Part shown: positions 44,690 to 59,479 of the stretch, in pieces
Position numbering within the stretch: position 1 is the first letter of the stretch
Layout: every line of letters starts with the position of its first letter
NCBI RefSeq assembly: GCF_009914755.1
Contig: NC_060932.1
Source: the human T2T-CHM13v2.0 reference genome, Homo sapiens
Direction: 5' to 3' (one strand)
Length of the DNA stretch: 64,000 nucleotides
Notes under the pieces: model-generated
Databases searched by the model: none
Told to the model about the DNA's origin: nothing
Seen by the model: only the letters and a program-made list of their open reading frames with translations
Made by a program: the position numbers and the translations under genes

Positions 44690-46550
44690 CAATCTAACAG
44701 AATAGAGAACCCAGAAATAAATCCACATACCTACAGTCAACTCATTTTTGACAAAGATGCCAAGAACACTCATTAAGGAAGACAGTCTTTTCAATAAATG
44801 GTGCTGGGAAAACTGCATATCCATCAGCAGAAGAATGAAACTAGACTCCCACTCCTCCCTATACAAAAATCAACTTAAAATGGGTCAAAGATCTAAGTGT
44901 AAGACCCAGACTAATGAAACTACTACAACAAAATATAAGAGAAACACTTCAACATTGGTCTAAGAAAAAAATTTATGAGTAAGACCTCAAAAGCACGGGC
45001 AACAAAAGCAAAAATAAACAAATGAGATTATATGAAGCTAAAAACCTCTGCACAGCAACGAAAACAAAAGAGTGAAAAGACAACCCACAGAAAGGGAGAA
45101 AATATTTATAAAGTACTTATCAGACAGACAATTGTCATCCAGAGTATACAAGGACTCAAACAACTCAACTGCCAAAAAAAAAAAAAAAAAAAACCCAGAC
45201 AATCCGATATAAAAAGTGAGCAAATTATCTGAACAGGCATTTCTCAAAGAAGACACACAAATGGCCAACGAATATATGAAAAAATGTTCAGCATCACTAA
45301 TCATCAGGCAAACACAAATCAAAACACAATGAGCCAGTTAGGATGCCTATCATTAAAAAGACAATAAACAAATAAATAAATAACAAATGCTGGAAAAAAT
45401 TCGGAGAAAAGAGAACTCTTATATACTGCTGGTGGGAATGTAAACTAGTACAACCGCTATGGAGAACAGTGTGAAGGTTCCTCAGAAAATTACAAATAAA
45501 ACTACTATATGATCCAGCAATTCCACTATGGGGAATTTATCCAAAGGAAAGAAAATCATATCAAAGAGACCTCTATGCCCCCATGTTTATTGCAACACTA
45601 TTCACAATAGCCAAAATATGGAATCATCCTAGGTGTCCAACAACAGATGAATGAATAAAGAAAATGTGGTATATGTACACAATGGAATACTATTCCGCCA
45701 TTAAAAAGAGTGAAATTCTGTCACTGAAGGCAAGATGGATGGAACTGGAGGATGTTAAGTGAAATAAGCCAGGAACATAAACACCACATGTTCTCACTCA
45801 TTTGTGGAAGCTAAAAAAGTTGAACTCATAAAAGTAAAAAATAGAACAGAGGCTGGGAAGGGCAAGGGAAGGGAGAGATAGACTGAGATTTATTAAAAGA
45901 TACAAAATTACACCTAGATGGGAGGAAAAAGTTCTATATTAGTGGTCCCCAGCTTTTTTGGCACCTGGGACCAGTTTCATGGAAGACAGTTTTCCCACAG
46001 ACAGGGGCAGAGGGTGGGGGTGGTTTGGGGATGAAACTGTTCCACCTCAGATGATGAGGCTTTAGTTAGATTCTCATAAGGAGCACACACCTAGATCCCT
46101 CGCATGCGCAGTTCACAATAGGGTTCACGCTTCTATGAGAATCTAAGGCCGCGACTGATCTCACAGGAGGCAGAGCTCAGGCCGGAATGCTCTCTTGCCT
46201 GCAGCTTACCTCCTGCTGTGCAGCCCAATTCCTAACAGGCCACAGTTCCCAACCACAGGAGTATGGGACCGGGGGGTTGGGGACCCCTATTCTATACACT
46301 GTAGGATGACTATAATTAACAATAATATATTTTAGAGTTTTAAATAGCTAGAATGAGGATACTGGACATTCCCAACACAAAGGAATGATAAATGTTTGAG
46401 ATGATGGATATGCTAATTACCTGCAGCTGATCACTGTGCATTATATATATCAAAACATCACTGTGTATCCCATGAATAAGTACAATTATTATCTGTCAAT
46501 TAAAATTTAAAAATAAATACATACACAAAGTACTAATAAATAAAATTTAA
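44690..46550 (+). mobile_element. L1MA-like 3' region interrupted by MER1B
   Basis: AGAATAGAGAACCCAGAAATAAATCCAC..; TTCTCACTCATTTGTGGAAGCTAAAAAAG; AATGATAAATGTTTGAGATGATGGATATGCTAATTACC. Confidence 0.88.
45940..46289 (+). mobile_element. MER1B-like hAT-Charlie element
   Basis: TIR-like ends AGTGGTCCCC / GGGGACCCCT; CCAGTTTCATGGAAGACA; 8-bp TSD TTCTATAT/TTCTATAC. Confidence 0.88.
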
Positions 46551-46556
46551 AAAAAT

Positions 46557-46885
<329 letters not shown>

Positions 46886-48334
46886 TCATCCCCACGAGTT
46901 TTAGATCACTGCAACCAATTGGCCATATACCTCCAATTAAGACAAGATTTTCCATACCTCTTCCAATAAGGAGTTTGAATCTTATGTGGATATATTTTTC
47001 TTGTTATGCTATGTTGCAACTTAGAAATACTAAAGTCCTACCTCCTAATTAAGGACGATAGATCCTTATATAAAAAATAGCGTGGAAAACCATGAAACTA
47101 ATCATTAACTGTAAAGACAAAAGCACTGTTGGGACTGATTTTATCAAGGGAGACTGCTCACTATCTTTTGATCCTGGAATTTTAATTAAAATGATGTGTT
47201 TCAATTTTTCATTTTCTTCCTTTAAATGAGAAGACTACCAAGGCTGAAGGCTTAAATACAAACCAGAAATAATTATAATATATTGGTAAGAGCCATACTT
47301 TCGAGTAAACTTTTTTTATGTACTTATGCTCTGAGTTCATTTTCAGTAACTAATAATATGAACATAGTTGAGTTGTCCTCTAAATACTTTATGTATATAA
47401 TAGACATTACAACCCACACATCCATAAGCTTATACAATACTGCTTTTATGTTACCTATTATTACTAGATAAATAAATATAATCTTTTCCGCAACCAGAAA
47501 GTCAATGATGAATGCCTCCTAAATGATATCAAGAAACATAAACAATGTTAATGATTATTACTTGCACCTTAATTCTGTTTACAATCTGTGAGCAACTTCA
47601 GATGGCTGATTTCAGAATTTGAATTGAATTATCTGTACTCCTTAAAGCCATACTAGATTTGGGGCCTAATTACCTTTATATCCAGCAACATAGCAACACA
47701 GTCAACTATGGTACTGCAGTCAGCTGTTCTCACACCTGAGTGCAGAAACTCAAGGCAATGTTTCCACATGGAGACCATCACCACCATTCCCTTGTTGGTC
47801 TTTAGGGCTCAAAGCAAGATGCATGCTTTTGTTTTGCAACATTCTATTGAATTTTCTGCCTACTGGATTTAGTTTAACTTGATGTAATGCTATTACTTTT
47901 TCCAGTAGTCAATGTTGTCTTACACATTTAGTAAACAGTCACATTATATTATTGTTTTATGGGATTTTAGCCTGCTGTTGAAATCTGGCAGCACTGGGAT
48001 CAGAAAAAGAAGAAAAGGACAAATAGCAATTGAATAAGCCCATCTTACAGGGACCACTGCTTTTGGTACTGTGACTTTCTTTGTAGTTGTGGCCCTCCTC
48101 TGAAATGGGAGTCAACTCCATCATCACGTTATTGTTAAACTCCCATTCCACCATAAACATAGACCTGCATCTTAATTTTTTGTAAAGATTTACAAACCCT
48201 ATGATGTATCTCACCAAATCTAACTTTAATAATACTATAATCTCTAAAGCAGGACACGTGGCATTCTTAATATTTTACATTCATGTGGTTCTTTGCATAT
48301 TATGAATAATATTTTATATACCTAATCTTACTTA

Positions 48335-48480
48335 ATCTTCAAATAAATTCCATGAGAATGGAATTATTACTTCTATTTTATAGATGAGAAAACAGAGGCT
48401 CAGTGAGGTAAAGGGATTTGCCTAGGGTTGCACAGCTATTCATCGTCAAGGCCAGGATGTTAGCCCAGCCTTCTGAAACC
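48335..48480 (-). mobile_element. MIR
   Basis: TTTTATAGATGAGAAAACAGAGGCTCAGTGAGGTAAAGGGATTTGCCTAGGGT. Confidence 0.75.
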
Positions 48481-48884
48481 ACCTTCATGCTTTTGCAAGT
48501 GTCTAACACTTACGCTGGTTGCTTTCCATATATTATAATGTGGGAAAATTTAAAAGAGGCGACTCTTGATTCAAGTGTTTCAGCATGTCTTATTTCAGAG
48601 TAAGTGAGTAAAATTGTGTATAGCTTGACAATCAAGGTTTTCCACAGTCTTGTTTGAACTTTCATTGTTAACTCTATTACTCTCCAATCTCTATATGTGC
48701 TTTGGCTCTAGTGACACTGAGCTAGTTTTTTCCTAAGAAATGATAAAAATGTAAATTGTTACAAAAATTTGGGTTATTAATTTATTTTGACTAAGTCCCC
48801 ACTGTGAGTCAGCTACTGAGAAAACACAAAGAGAAAGAAGAATTCATGCTTATTGAGAGCCTTCCAGGATTGACACCTTTACAT

Positions 48885-49392
48885 GTTATTTTAAATTGAT
48901 ACATAATACGTACTTATACAGTACATGTGATAACTTGATACATGCATACAATGTGTAATTATCAAATTGGAGTATTTAGGATAACCATTACTTCAAACAC
49001 TGATCATATTTTTGTGTTGGGGACATTTCAAATCTTCTCTGCTAGCTCTTTTGAAATATTCAATAAATTATTGTTAACTATAGTCACCTGACTGTGCTAT
49101 TGAAGATAATGTTATTCCTTCTATCTAACTGTATGTTTTTACTCATTAACCAATCTCCCTTTATCTCACAACCCACCCTTCCCAGCCCCTTGTAACATTC
49201 ATTCTACACTCTGCCTCCATGAAATCAACTTTTTAAAACTCCTACATATGAGTGAGAACATGTGATATTTGTCTTTCTGTGTCTGGTTTTTTTCACTTAA
49301 CATAATGACCCCTAGTTCCATCCATGTTGCTACAAATTAGAATTTTTAATGGCTGAATAGTATTTTGTTATGTATATATACCACATTTTCTC
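48885..49392 (-). mobile_element. L1MA-like 3'UTR (antisense)
   Basis: GATACATGCATACAATGTGTAAT..TTGTTAACTATAGTCACC..CATATGAGTGAGAACATG..CACTTAACATAATGACC. Confidence 0.85.
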
Positions 49393-49739
49393 CTAAATGA
49401 AGTTTCAAGATGGGTATATCTTCTTCCTTCTTACAAACCAACATCCCAAGGCTTTGAGAAGCTAAATAACTTGCCCATTCTCATGGTAATGTTTTGAGTT
49501 TTTATTGAGCCATACAGATGGTTGTGACTTCAAAGCTAGTGGTTTTTAATTATTTATCTACCAAATTTCTCTTAAGATGTTGATCATCTAATTAAACAAA
49601 CAGATGGCCTTTGAAATTCTCTATGAAAATTAATTATGAGACAGTATTTAAGATATATATTGTAAATCTAATCTATGATGGAAAAAATATGTCTATTCCT
49701 AAATGTTACCATTTTCTAGAATAGATGAGTAGCAGATAA

Positions 49740-50640
49740 TAGGTTATAGTTTAGGAGACTTTCTTCTACCTCAAGCAGCCAAGAAAGGCTTCAGGGTGTA
49801 AATGAGATTTAAGTGGGACTTTTCAGAATTCTGATTGGTGAAGAAGGAAAGAAAGAGTATTCCAAGATAAGAACATGGGGTAGTTGAAATTACGTAACTG
49901 AGAAAGTCCACGTCTCTTTGACGGATAGTGACTACAGGAATATGTGTTGGGAATGAGGGTGGTAACATGGGAGTAGAGTCAAATCATGGAAACCTTTGAA
50001 CCTCCAGCTACAGACTGGGGATTTATCCTATAGACAACAGGGAATCATTCTTAAATCCAGCTGCAATGTTCTTAAACCAAACAGTAAACATTTTGGAAGG
50101 GGAGATGGGAAGGAAATTTCCATTGGAGGGAACTGTGGGTATGAGGCAAGGAACGAGGCAGTGTATGTGCATGTGCGTGTGTGTGTGTGTGTGTGTGTAT
50201 GTTTGTGCATATGCAAGACTAGATTAGAAGATACTGGGAAAGAAAAATCAGGACTTGGTAAGTAACAATGTGGGGAGGAGCAGGCTATGAATTAAGATGA
50301 CTGTCAAAGCTTCGATGCTGGGGGATGGTGATATCATGGGTAGGCATGGTGATAAGGAGGAAGTGCTCTTAATAATGATTTCTATACCTAGCTACTTGTG
50401 ATGGGTTTCATATCTCTGACTATCTCAGGATTTCTATATCTGTTTCCTCATTAATTTGAGATCATGGCATAATATCCCAGTGAAAGGATCCAAAAGACAG
50501 TTGGAAACATAACACTAATTGTTAGAAAATTGTTCAAGGGTTAGAAAATATGGCTTTGGAAGTTGTCTGCATAGAGATGAAAGTTCTAGGGGTGGCAATG
50601 GTTCCCAAGGGAGAAAAATGTAGTGACATCAGAGAGGAAG
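49740..50640 (-). mobile_element. L2 fragments
   Basis: GAGTCAAATCATGGA..; AAGATGACTGTCAAAG; GACAGTTGGAAACAT; heavily decayed. Confidence 0.5.
50161..50200 (+). repeat. (TG)n
   Basis: Direct reading. Confidence 0.9.
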
Positions 50641-53600
50641 ACACATTCAACACTTAGTTGTCTTTCCTCATTTCACTGTTTCCATGCAACTTTCCAAGGA
50701 ATAATGTAACTTGTGGTAGAATTGAGTATGTATTTATTAGCTACTAAAACTGCAAGTCTAACTTTGATAGATATAGAACTGTTCATCAAGTGTGATCATA
50801 TGAAGAAGAGGAGGAAGGAGTGTTAAATAGGAAAACTAAAAACCTTGCTAAATCCACAAATTTATTTAGGAAAAAAATGCAGTACTTTGTGCTGAAATCA
50901 TTTACTACGAGATAGCCAAGTAAATTTTCATTTTGACATGACTTAGAATTTCAATTCTCTAAATACATAAGTATGACAGGATATAGCAATAGGTAGTCCA
51001 AGTATTTAATAATGTTAATGCTTATAGAACCTGATATAACTATACATTTTCAACATAAAAGAGGCCCCAAGATATATTATCTAATGTGCCTTATTATTTA
51101 AATAATCAAAGAAAGCATCACATCTCAGTTGCTCATTATGTTGTTGAGCATTATCAGAAAAAAATGTTCTAATAAACAGCATTTTGGGGGGTTTTGGGGG
51201 TTTTCTTTGAGAGTATGACAAAAGAAACTCCTTATCATGAGCAGTTACCCTCTGTAAGTCTAAGTATCTCTTTATTTTGTTTCGTTTTGTTTTCTTTTAA
51301 GAGGGGCTTACTATACTTGACACCTAAAGAATAATACTTTGTATTTTGTAATTTTTTGTATATTGTAAAATGCATCTTTTTTAAAATAGAAGGTTTAATT
51401 TTCTTTAATCTTATGTTTTATTGTATGCATTTTAAACAATTGAATATAATCTCCATATTATCTTCACACTTACATCATCATTCTTTGGACATAGGACTTC
51501 TACATCTCAGTTTCATCATCATTTTTCTAACAGTACAATTTTAATGTCCCTCTTCCTATTTTCCTCTTTAATTGTTTGTATTACTCCTTTCCAACTCCTT
51601 CTAATGTGGCTACGTTCTTCTGGTAATAAAGTGTAGAGCGTCAACTGTAATTTTCCAGGTCAAATCTTAACAGAGTCATTTAAATGTCAGCAGCCACGTT
51701 TTTCAAATGGAGATGCCAGGAGTATTTTATAGCTCTGAAAGCCAAACAATAATATTGTCTATGGGCACTCAAATTTCACGCTTCAGGGAATAAACTGGAG
51801 AGTTTGTAAAGAGACAGAAAAGTGTTTCTTCCTTCTTCGGCATTGGCTATTTAACTAATTCAATATATCCACTCTGCTTTTTCATTAATTTTTTTTGCAT
51901 TAGTTTCTAGTTCTATAACTATTGGTAATTGCCATAAGCAATACAGAACATTACATAAGCCAATAACCTGGCACTGTATTGAAAGTCTTATGCCTGGGAA
52001 GTCTCTTGAGCTTGTAGTTCTTAATAGGTAAATTTCATTTTAGGTATTACATAGAAACACATTCTTCTCCAGACAATTATTTCATGATATCCTATATGGT
52101 ACCCTTCAGATTTTTGTGCAAAATGCTGAACCCCAGAGATTTTTCATAGGAATACAATTATTAGAAATATTTTTAATTAATGCAACTTAGAGTATGTGAT
52201 GAGATTACACTAGATTTCTTTTGCGTCAACTGTTATCAAATGGAGTTGTCATGACTACTGCATTCAGTAATTTTAAAACAATATAAAAGATTGACACATT
52301 TTTCTCTGGGTACCATAGATGGGAACCTCACCTGATAGTAGTGATGTACACCTCTGGTTATCATATCAAGGTCTAATTTTGGTGTTGAGAATAAGTACAG
52401 AAAGAAGGAACAAGAGAAATTCTCTAATGCAAGTGAGATTTCAGCCCCCAATCCAATTAGCATTAACCACAACAGGAATGTGTTTTTTTATTTTTGTTGC
52501 TGTTCTCAGGAGAGGTTAGTTTTCTATTACACTCACTTTCTTATGTGGTGGAAAGGAATATGAAAAGATGTGTCATAGCTAACTTAAATCTCATGAAGAG
52601 TTGCTTCTTTAATGAAACCAATATCACCCACAAAGTGCCAGATGAATTGATCGATTGCTGGGGCAGTTTGGGAACTTATTTGAAAGTAGGGGCAGCAAGT
52701 CAAATTAGATTGTTTTGTGCTAATTAGACTCATTTAGCAAGATTAAATTTCCATGTTTGATTCTCCTTTTCCATATCTGATTATCTCTGTAAGCACTGTG
52801 ATTAGCTAAACCAAATATGAAATATAACAAATTCTAAAATCTGGTTGGCCTTGTTTAGCTATGCCTAGAGTAGAAGTGGTGGTGGAGAGGAATGGTCATT
52901 TACAAGTCTTGCTTTAAATTTTTTTCATTTCTGTTTTTTTAAATTTCAGTCAAAATCACTTGCTCTGTTCTAAAATATATACCTGTGTTTGTTGAAACAA
53001 GTCTTTTATTGACTAGAAATAGATGATTAAACAGAACCAAACATTTAAAATGCCCTTTGATAATATTTTACATCAAATCATATATATGTAACATATGAAG
53101 TCAAATATTGAATATGAGTGCCATAATTTGTATATGTATTCAAGTCCATAAAGTGGCAATTTGTTAGTAGTAATTAAGCAACCTGTAGGGTGGCATTATT
53201 GAAAAAAAAATTATTTTGTCTTTGTAGTGGTATTTTAAGTACAATGTGCTTATAATTGAGTTCATATACCTTCTCATATGAGTTTATCAATTTTCACATC
53301 TATTTATCTTTAATACTAATTGTTCTTCAATAATCATTGTGTTAAGTTCTTGATATAATTTTATTGAATATACAATGTTAGAATGCTTATAAAACACTCT
53401 GACTTTTTATACTTGTTACCAAAATACATTTTATTTAGAAAAAAACTTTAAAACATAACTTTAATTAGTTCTGGGAAATCATGATTGTCAAGCTATAGAT
53501 CCTAGGAATGACCAATATTTCTATTTGATACTGCAAATAAGGTTTTGAAGGTACAAGAGTACCAACTACAAGGAAGACCAAAAAATGTAGCAACATTACT

Positions 53601-53945
53601 TTTTCATCATTCTTAGAATTAATGACACCTTCGAAAGTATGTTTCAGCTGAATGTATTATCAGCTCATGCTTTATTCCCAGAAGGGAACAAAAGCGCTAT
53701 TGGGACTAGTTACCACAATTTAAACTCAATTGATTTTTTGAGTCTTGTGTCCACATGGAAATTTTTCAGAAAAGACTGAGGGTAGCTAATTTAATCCTGC
53801 TTTTTATGGCTTTTGACAGGCAAGGTCCTTGCCTGGCCAGTAGGGATATATTCTGTCATTATATCCACTTTTTGTTTATAATGATGTGAAGTCTGGAGCT
53901 GGGAATAATGCCCTTGTATTTGCAAAGCACCTCTTTCACTTGTAA

Positions 53946-54323
<378 letters not shown>

Positions 54324-54684
54324 CTAAATTTGTTATTTCTAAGGGCCCCAGAGCTTTTTGCTCCACTGTGCTGGTGGTACGTTCAAAATCTTGAAGTGTT
54401 TAGTACTACTGGGTGGATTATGATCCACATAGGTATCTTACCTGTGTAAGCCTGAAACCCTTCATCATAGTCCAAGGCAATATGCCTTGTGCCCCAAGTG
54501 CCCAGGCATCTCAGATCAAATTTACAGACAAAAGTCATTAGACTACTAGTGAGCCCTGTGGGTGGATCAGCACCAGTCTGCCTGCTGGGAAAACAAAAGA
54601 TACATGACCTACCTCCATCACCCTTTACAACCAACAATCTTTATGTAGATTGTGTTTGGCAACACTCACATTTATACCTAAAAA

Positions 54685-54970
54685 TAAAAATATAATAATT
54701 ATTGTATATAATAATATACAATAATTACATAAGTATAATTATATAAATACATTTATATAAATATATATTAATACAAATCTATTAGCAATATATTATATTA
54801 TGTTAATATATTATTATATTATATTAATACAATATAGCATTATTTTTATATTTATATCAATATAATTTTTATATAATTATATAATATATTTATATTAAGA
54901 TAAATTTATTAATAATATAAATGAAGATTTATATTGATAAAATATAATCTATATAATATTTTATATAATA
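54685..54970. repeat. AT-rich (TA-based) low-complexity tract
   Basis: About 280 bp almost entirely A/T. Confidence 0.9.
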
Positions 54971-55049
54971 GTTTCCCACATGAACTCTAGACAATGTAAT
55001 GAGAGAGCAGAAAGATGTTATCCATGAGGGGTGAAGTAGGCATAATATA

Positions 55050-55255
55050 GCCTAAAATTTTAAGGTCATATGGCCTTAGGTCAAATTCCAATTCATTTAA
55101 GTATGATCCTGAGTCAAAAATTCTCTCTAGTTCAGTTACCTCCTTTATTAACTGGGAGAACAACAATATTATCTACTTTAAATAACTATTTTATGGCTGA
55201 AATTAGCCAATACCTATAAAGAATTTAGACCAGTGACTGACATGTAGTAAGGCCT
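55050..55255 (+). mobile_element. MIR
   Basis: GGTCAAATTCC..TTCAGTTACCTCCTTTAT..CAGTGACTGACATGTAGTAAG. Confidence 0.55.
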
Positions 55256-56224
55256 TTTATTTATCTTTGACTATACAGCACAATTACATAAGAGAGATGG
55301 GACTTGAATCTGACTAGGAATCCAATCCTTGTTCCACTACGTCTTGGAATAATGTGGCTAAATTTCAGATTCTACGTGGCATGTTTTTAACATTTCCAGT
55401 TCACTGGCCCCAGAAACCCCTTACCCTAAGCTTCATGGATTCCTAAGAACAAACGAGGCTGCTTAGACACTAATGATATCTGCAAATTGGTCTAAGTGTG
55501 GATTCAAACATAATACCTATAGTCATGCTATTACATGGCAGAAATACGTGTTTAAACATCTGGCATTTTTCAGAAAGTTCATACTCAGAATAAGAACTGT
55601 TAAAAAAATACAAATACAGTCAGTCTGGAGCTTATCTCTTACTTTAAATCATCAAAGGACAGCCAAATCTCAACTAACTATGAAAGAATCAATGAGATAG
55701 TACTTACCTCCTCAAGGAAGAACACACAGACAGCTCATTTATTTTTCAAACCTTCACAACAATGTGCTAGTGTAGGATTTCAGTGGCTAAGATTCTGTGA
55801 GTTGCTCAAACTTGCTCAAGCTTTCCTATATTTTTATTTAGAAGAAGAAAAGAAGGCATATTACATTTAACAATATGACAAATTCTGTGTACCCTTCAGT
55901 GGTCACTTTCTTGTATGACAATAAGTACCATAGTAATATTTGCCCTTATAAAAAAATAAATTTAAAAAGTACAGTCCCATTCTGTGTATATACGTGGTTT
56001 ATGATTAAGAATGAAAGTAGTGTCTTCATGGTTCTGATAGTTGAAGATTAATATCTACCCTTTTTTGTATAACCAGTTTATACCAAATAAAACAAAACCT
56101 GCCTCTCAACTCAGAGATAACTCTTTTAGCTTGTTAATATACATCCTTCTAGAATATACACACATACCCACTCACAACACATTTACATATATGTTTATGT
56201 TTCTCCCTTTAATGGGATTCACGT

Positions 56225-56722
56225 TATTTTTTAATTTTTTTTTTTACTTTAATAGCTTTAGAAGTATAAGTGGTTTTTGGTTACACGGATGAATTGTATA
56301 GTGGTGAAGTCTAAGATTTCAGTACACCCATCACCGGAGTACTGCACTTTGTACCCAATGAGTAGTTTTCTATTCCTTACTTCCTTCTTACCCTTCCCCC
56401 TTCTGAGTCTCCAATGTCCATTATTCCATTCTGTATGCCTTTGTGTACCCATAGCTTAGCTCCCACTTATAAGTGAGAACATACAGTATTTTGCTTTCCA
56501 TTACTGAGTTACTTCACTTAGAAAAATGGCCTCCAGCTCCACCCAAATTTCTGCAAAAGACAATATTTCATTCTTTTTTATGGCTGAGTAGTATTCCATG
56601 TTATATTTATAGCACATTTGCTTTATCCACTGATTGGTTTATGGGCACTTAGGTTGGCTCCATATCTTTGCAATTGTGAATTGTGCTGTGATAAACATGT
56701 TGTTGCAGGTGTATCTTTTTTT
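56225..56722 (-). mobile_element. L1PB-like 3'UTR (antisense)
   Basis: GGTTACACGGATGAATTGTATAGTGGTGAAGTC..GCTTAGCTCCCACTTATAAGTGAGAAC..TATGGCTGAGTAGTATTCCATG. Confidence 0.88.
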
Positions 56723-57724
56723 TTATTGGTTTTGCTCAGATACTTCATTCAGCCAAAAAATACCAAGAATCTATTATGTTTGGTATTGTGTACAAATACA
56801 TATATATTTTTATACACCAGCATATGATACATGAGGAAACACATTCTTCCTCTACATTGTATCTAATGATACGCATAAGGCTATTTCAGGTTAAATTTAT
56901 ACTACAGTTATTTATTTTACCAAGCATTATGAAGAAAGCATTTTGACATCCCAAACAGATATTTCTCTCCTTTACTGTAATATAATTTAGTCATAACTCA
57001 AGGTAATTCTGAGAAATTGAAATACAAGCAAAAGGAACAGTTCCGTAAATATCAATAAACAAAAGACTTAAAGGGAGCAATGTGAAAACATGTCTGACTT
57101 TTCAGCTAGATCATTTAAATTTTTTCTTTGGCAAACAACTGAACAAAACCCCAAATTACCCAAATTTACTAAGGAAGTGGAGCCACATGATGATAATCAA
57201 CACAAGAGTCTCTGCAGCCATCCGGAATTCAAGCTGTGCATACGGAGAACTCTGCTATTCCAAACAACTTGTATACCAGGGGTGATTCTCTATAATCCAT
57301 TTGAGCTATGAGTCATTTAGGAAGCAAAATTAGACTTATTTTCCCCCCAAAGATTGTTTTTACTTGTCATTGCATGCTCATATACAGGGCTCAGAGCTGA
57401 TGGATAACTTACTCCTAGTACCCTGCTTCCCAGAAATGGAGATAGCAGCATTGTGTTTTACCCAATGGATAATTTACTCTCTTGACTAATGACCACTTAG
57501 ATAGTAGGCAAAAGGATTCAGATTTCTAAAATCTAATGGAAATTTAAGGTAAAAACTTAAACAAATATTTGTCAAATTATTAAATTCTTAGCGAGGCGAT
57601 CACTAATGTTGATACAGAGCTACTAAAGAAAGATTTTTGGCACCCCTAAATTTATAAAAAGTCATGTTAAGTTTAGGCACACTCAAAATTAATTTGAAGA
57701 ATTCTAGCCTAAAACTATTTTGTA

Positions 57725-58320
57725 AATTTCATTCAATTAACAAATATTGAGGGACTGATAAAAACTACAAAATAAATCTTTGTTAGATGAATAGGTATCT
57801 CTCACATGTGTGGCTTTGGGTTAGACGTAAAGAATGCAAACCATAAAGGGACATGGAATTGTTTCTGGAGGAACCCAGAATTTAAAATGTTAAGAAATGT
57901 ACACAGTAAATACATGGTATAGGAAGTGGAAGGTGATATATGTCTTAAAAAGATTGCTGGGACATTGTGCGACGGACACCAAAAGGGAGAAGTCATGGAA
58001 GAGGCAGAGTTTGAAGTGACTCTTCCAGGACTGTAATGCTTTGGACGTAAGACCTGGAGAAGGGTATCCCAGATACTCGCATGCAATGGCACAGAGGTAG
58101 GCAGATGCTGTCTGGTAGGAAATGGGACACCAGGGAATATTTGTGAGTAGGGAAATGATATGGTCAGGGTTTTGCGTGAGGAAAAGCAATTGGCAGAAAG
58201 TATTTAAACTGTGTGGGAGGGTGGAAAGGATGGGCGGGAGGGAATGGACTGCCTGCAGGTCCCTGGAAATGCAGAGCTGGAGCTTGGGACCAGGCCAGAG
58301 TTGGGGATAAGAGTTTGGGA
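57725..58320 (-). mobile_element. L2 fragment
   Basis: TTCATTCAATTAACAAATATTGAG; GTGAGTAGGGAAATGATATGGTCAGG. Confidence 0.5.
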
Positions 58321-58657
58321 ATCTGGGTGTCCTCTTCCTAGTGTTCACAATTGAGAAACCCCAAGAAGAGCAAAGGGCAGGGCAGTTTCTTGCTGGAGGG
58401 TGACAACATCAGAAGGGCCAACCTCCATGCTAAATATCCCGCCCAACATCTGACACCTCAAAACAACAACAACAACCAAAACAAAACAAAAACCCACCAC
58501 AAAACCAAAAACCCTCAGTACAAAGTAAGGCCACCTCCCCATAGCGAGGTGGGAAGTCAAGGTGCAGAGAATTAGAGAGGATAGCGCATTCCAGGGCATA
58601 TCAGGGCTAAAACTAAGGCAAGGATGACATGGAGTATATTTAAAACAGTGTACTTGG

Positions 58658-59125
58658 TTCCAACAATGATAGACTGGATTAAGAAAATGTGGCACATATA
58701 CACCATGGAATACTATGCAGCCATAAAAAATGATGAGTTCATGTCCTTTGTAGGGATATGGATGAAACTGGAAATCATCATTCTCAGCAAACTATCGCAA
58801 GGACAGAAAACCAAACACCGCATGTTCTCACTCCTAGGTGGGAATTGAACAATGAGAACACATGGACACAGGAAGGGGAATATCACACACCGGGGACTGT
58901 TGTGGGGTGGGGGGAGGGGGGAGGGATAGCATTAGGAGATATACCTAATGCTAAATGACGAGTTAATGGGTGCAGCACACCAACATGGCACATGTATACA
59001 TATGTAACAAACCCACATGTACCCTAAAACTTAAAAGTATAATAATAATAAAATTTAAAAAAACACTCAATAAACAGAAGATACAAGGAAAAAATAAATA
59101 AATAAATAAATAAATAAATATAAAT
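58658..59125 (+). mobile_element. 5'-truncated L1PA3/L1PA4 with short 3' transduction
   Basis: ORF2 end ([12 protein letters not shown]) and 3'UTR GCTAAATGACGAGTTAATGGG; perfect 16-bp TSD AAAACAGTGTACTTGG at 58642-58657 and 59126-59141. Confidence 0.95.
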
Positions 59126-59479
59126 AAAACAGTGTACTTGGAACTTCCTCAACAGCCATCCTTCTTGGTCTATAGAAACTCAGGAGTCCCAGCTTTAAAT
59201 AGACTTGTCACGGCCTGCGTTCGTTTCTAAAAGGTGTTTTAAGCTACTTTGTTTTCCTGAAAGCCCCTGTAACCGTGCCAGCTGTCTCTATTTCGTGCCT
59301 GTGAAGGAGCACTGGGGTCAGAAATATGTAAGGCTCAGTGTTATTATTCAAGTTCATTGTCTTTACCGAGCCCTGGAAGTGGGTACAGGTCTAAGTGTTC
59401 ACCCTGCGGCCTCGCCAAGGGGTAACTTGGCATAGTTTTCCAGCTGGTAAGTTGATAGGCAAAGGAAAGAAAGAAGGGT

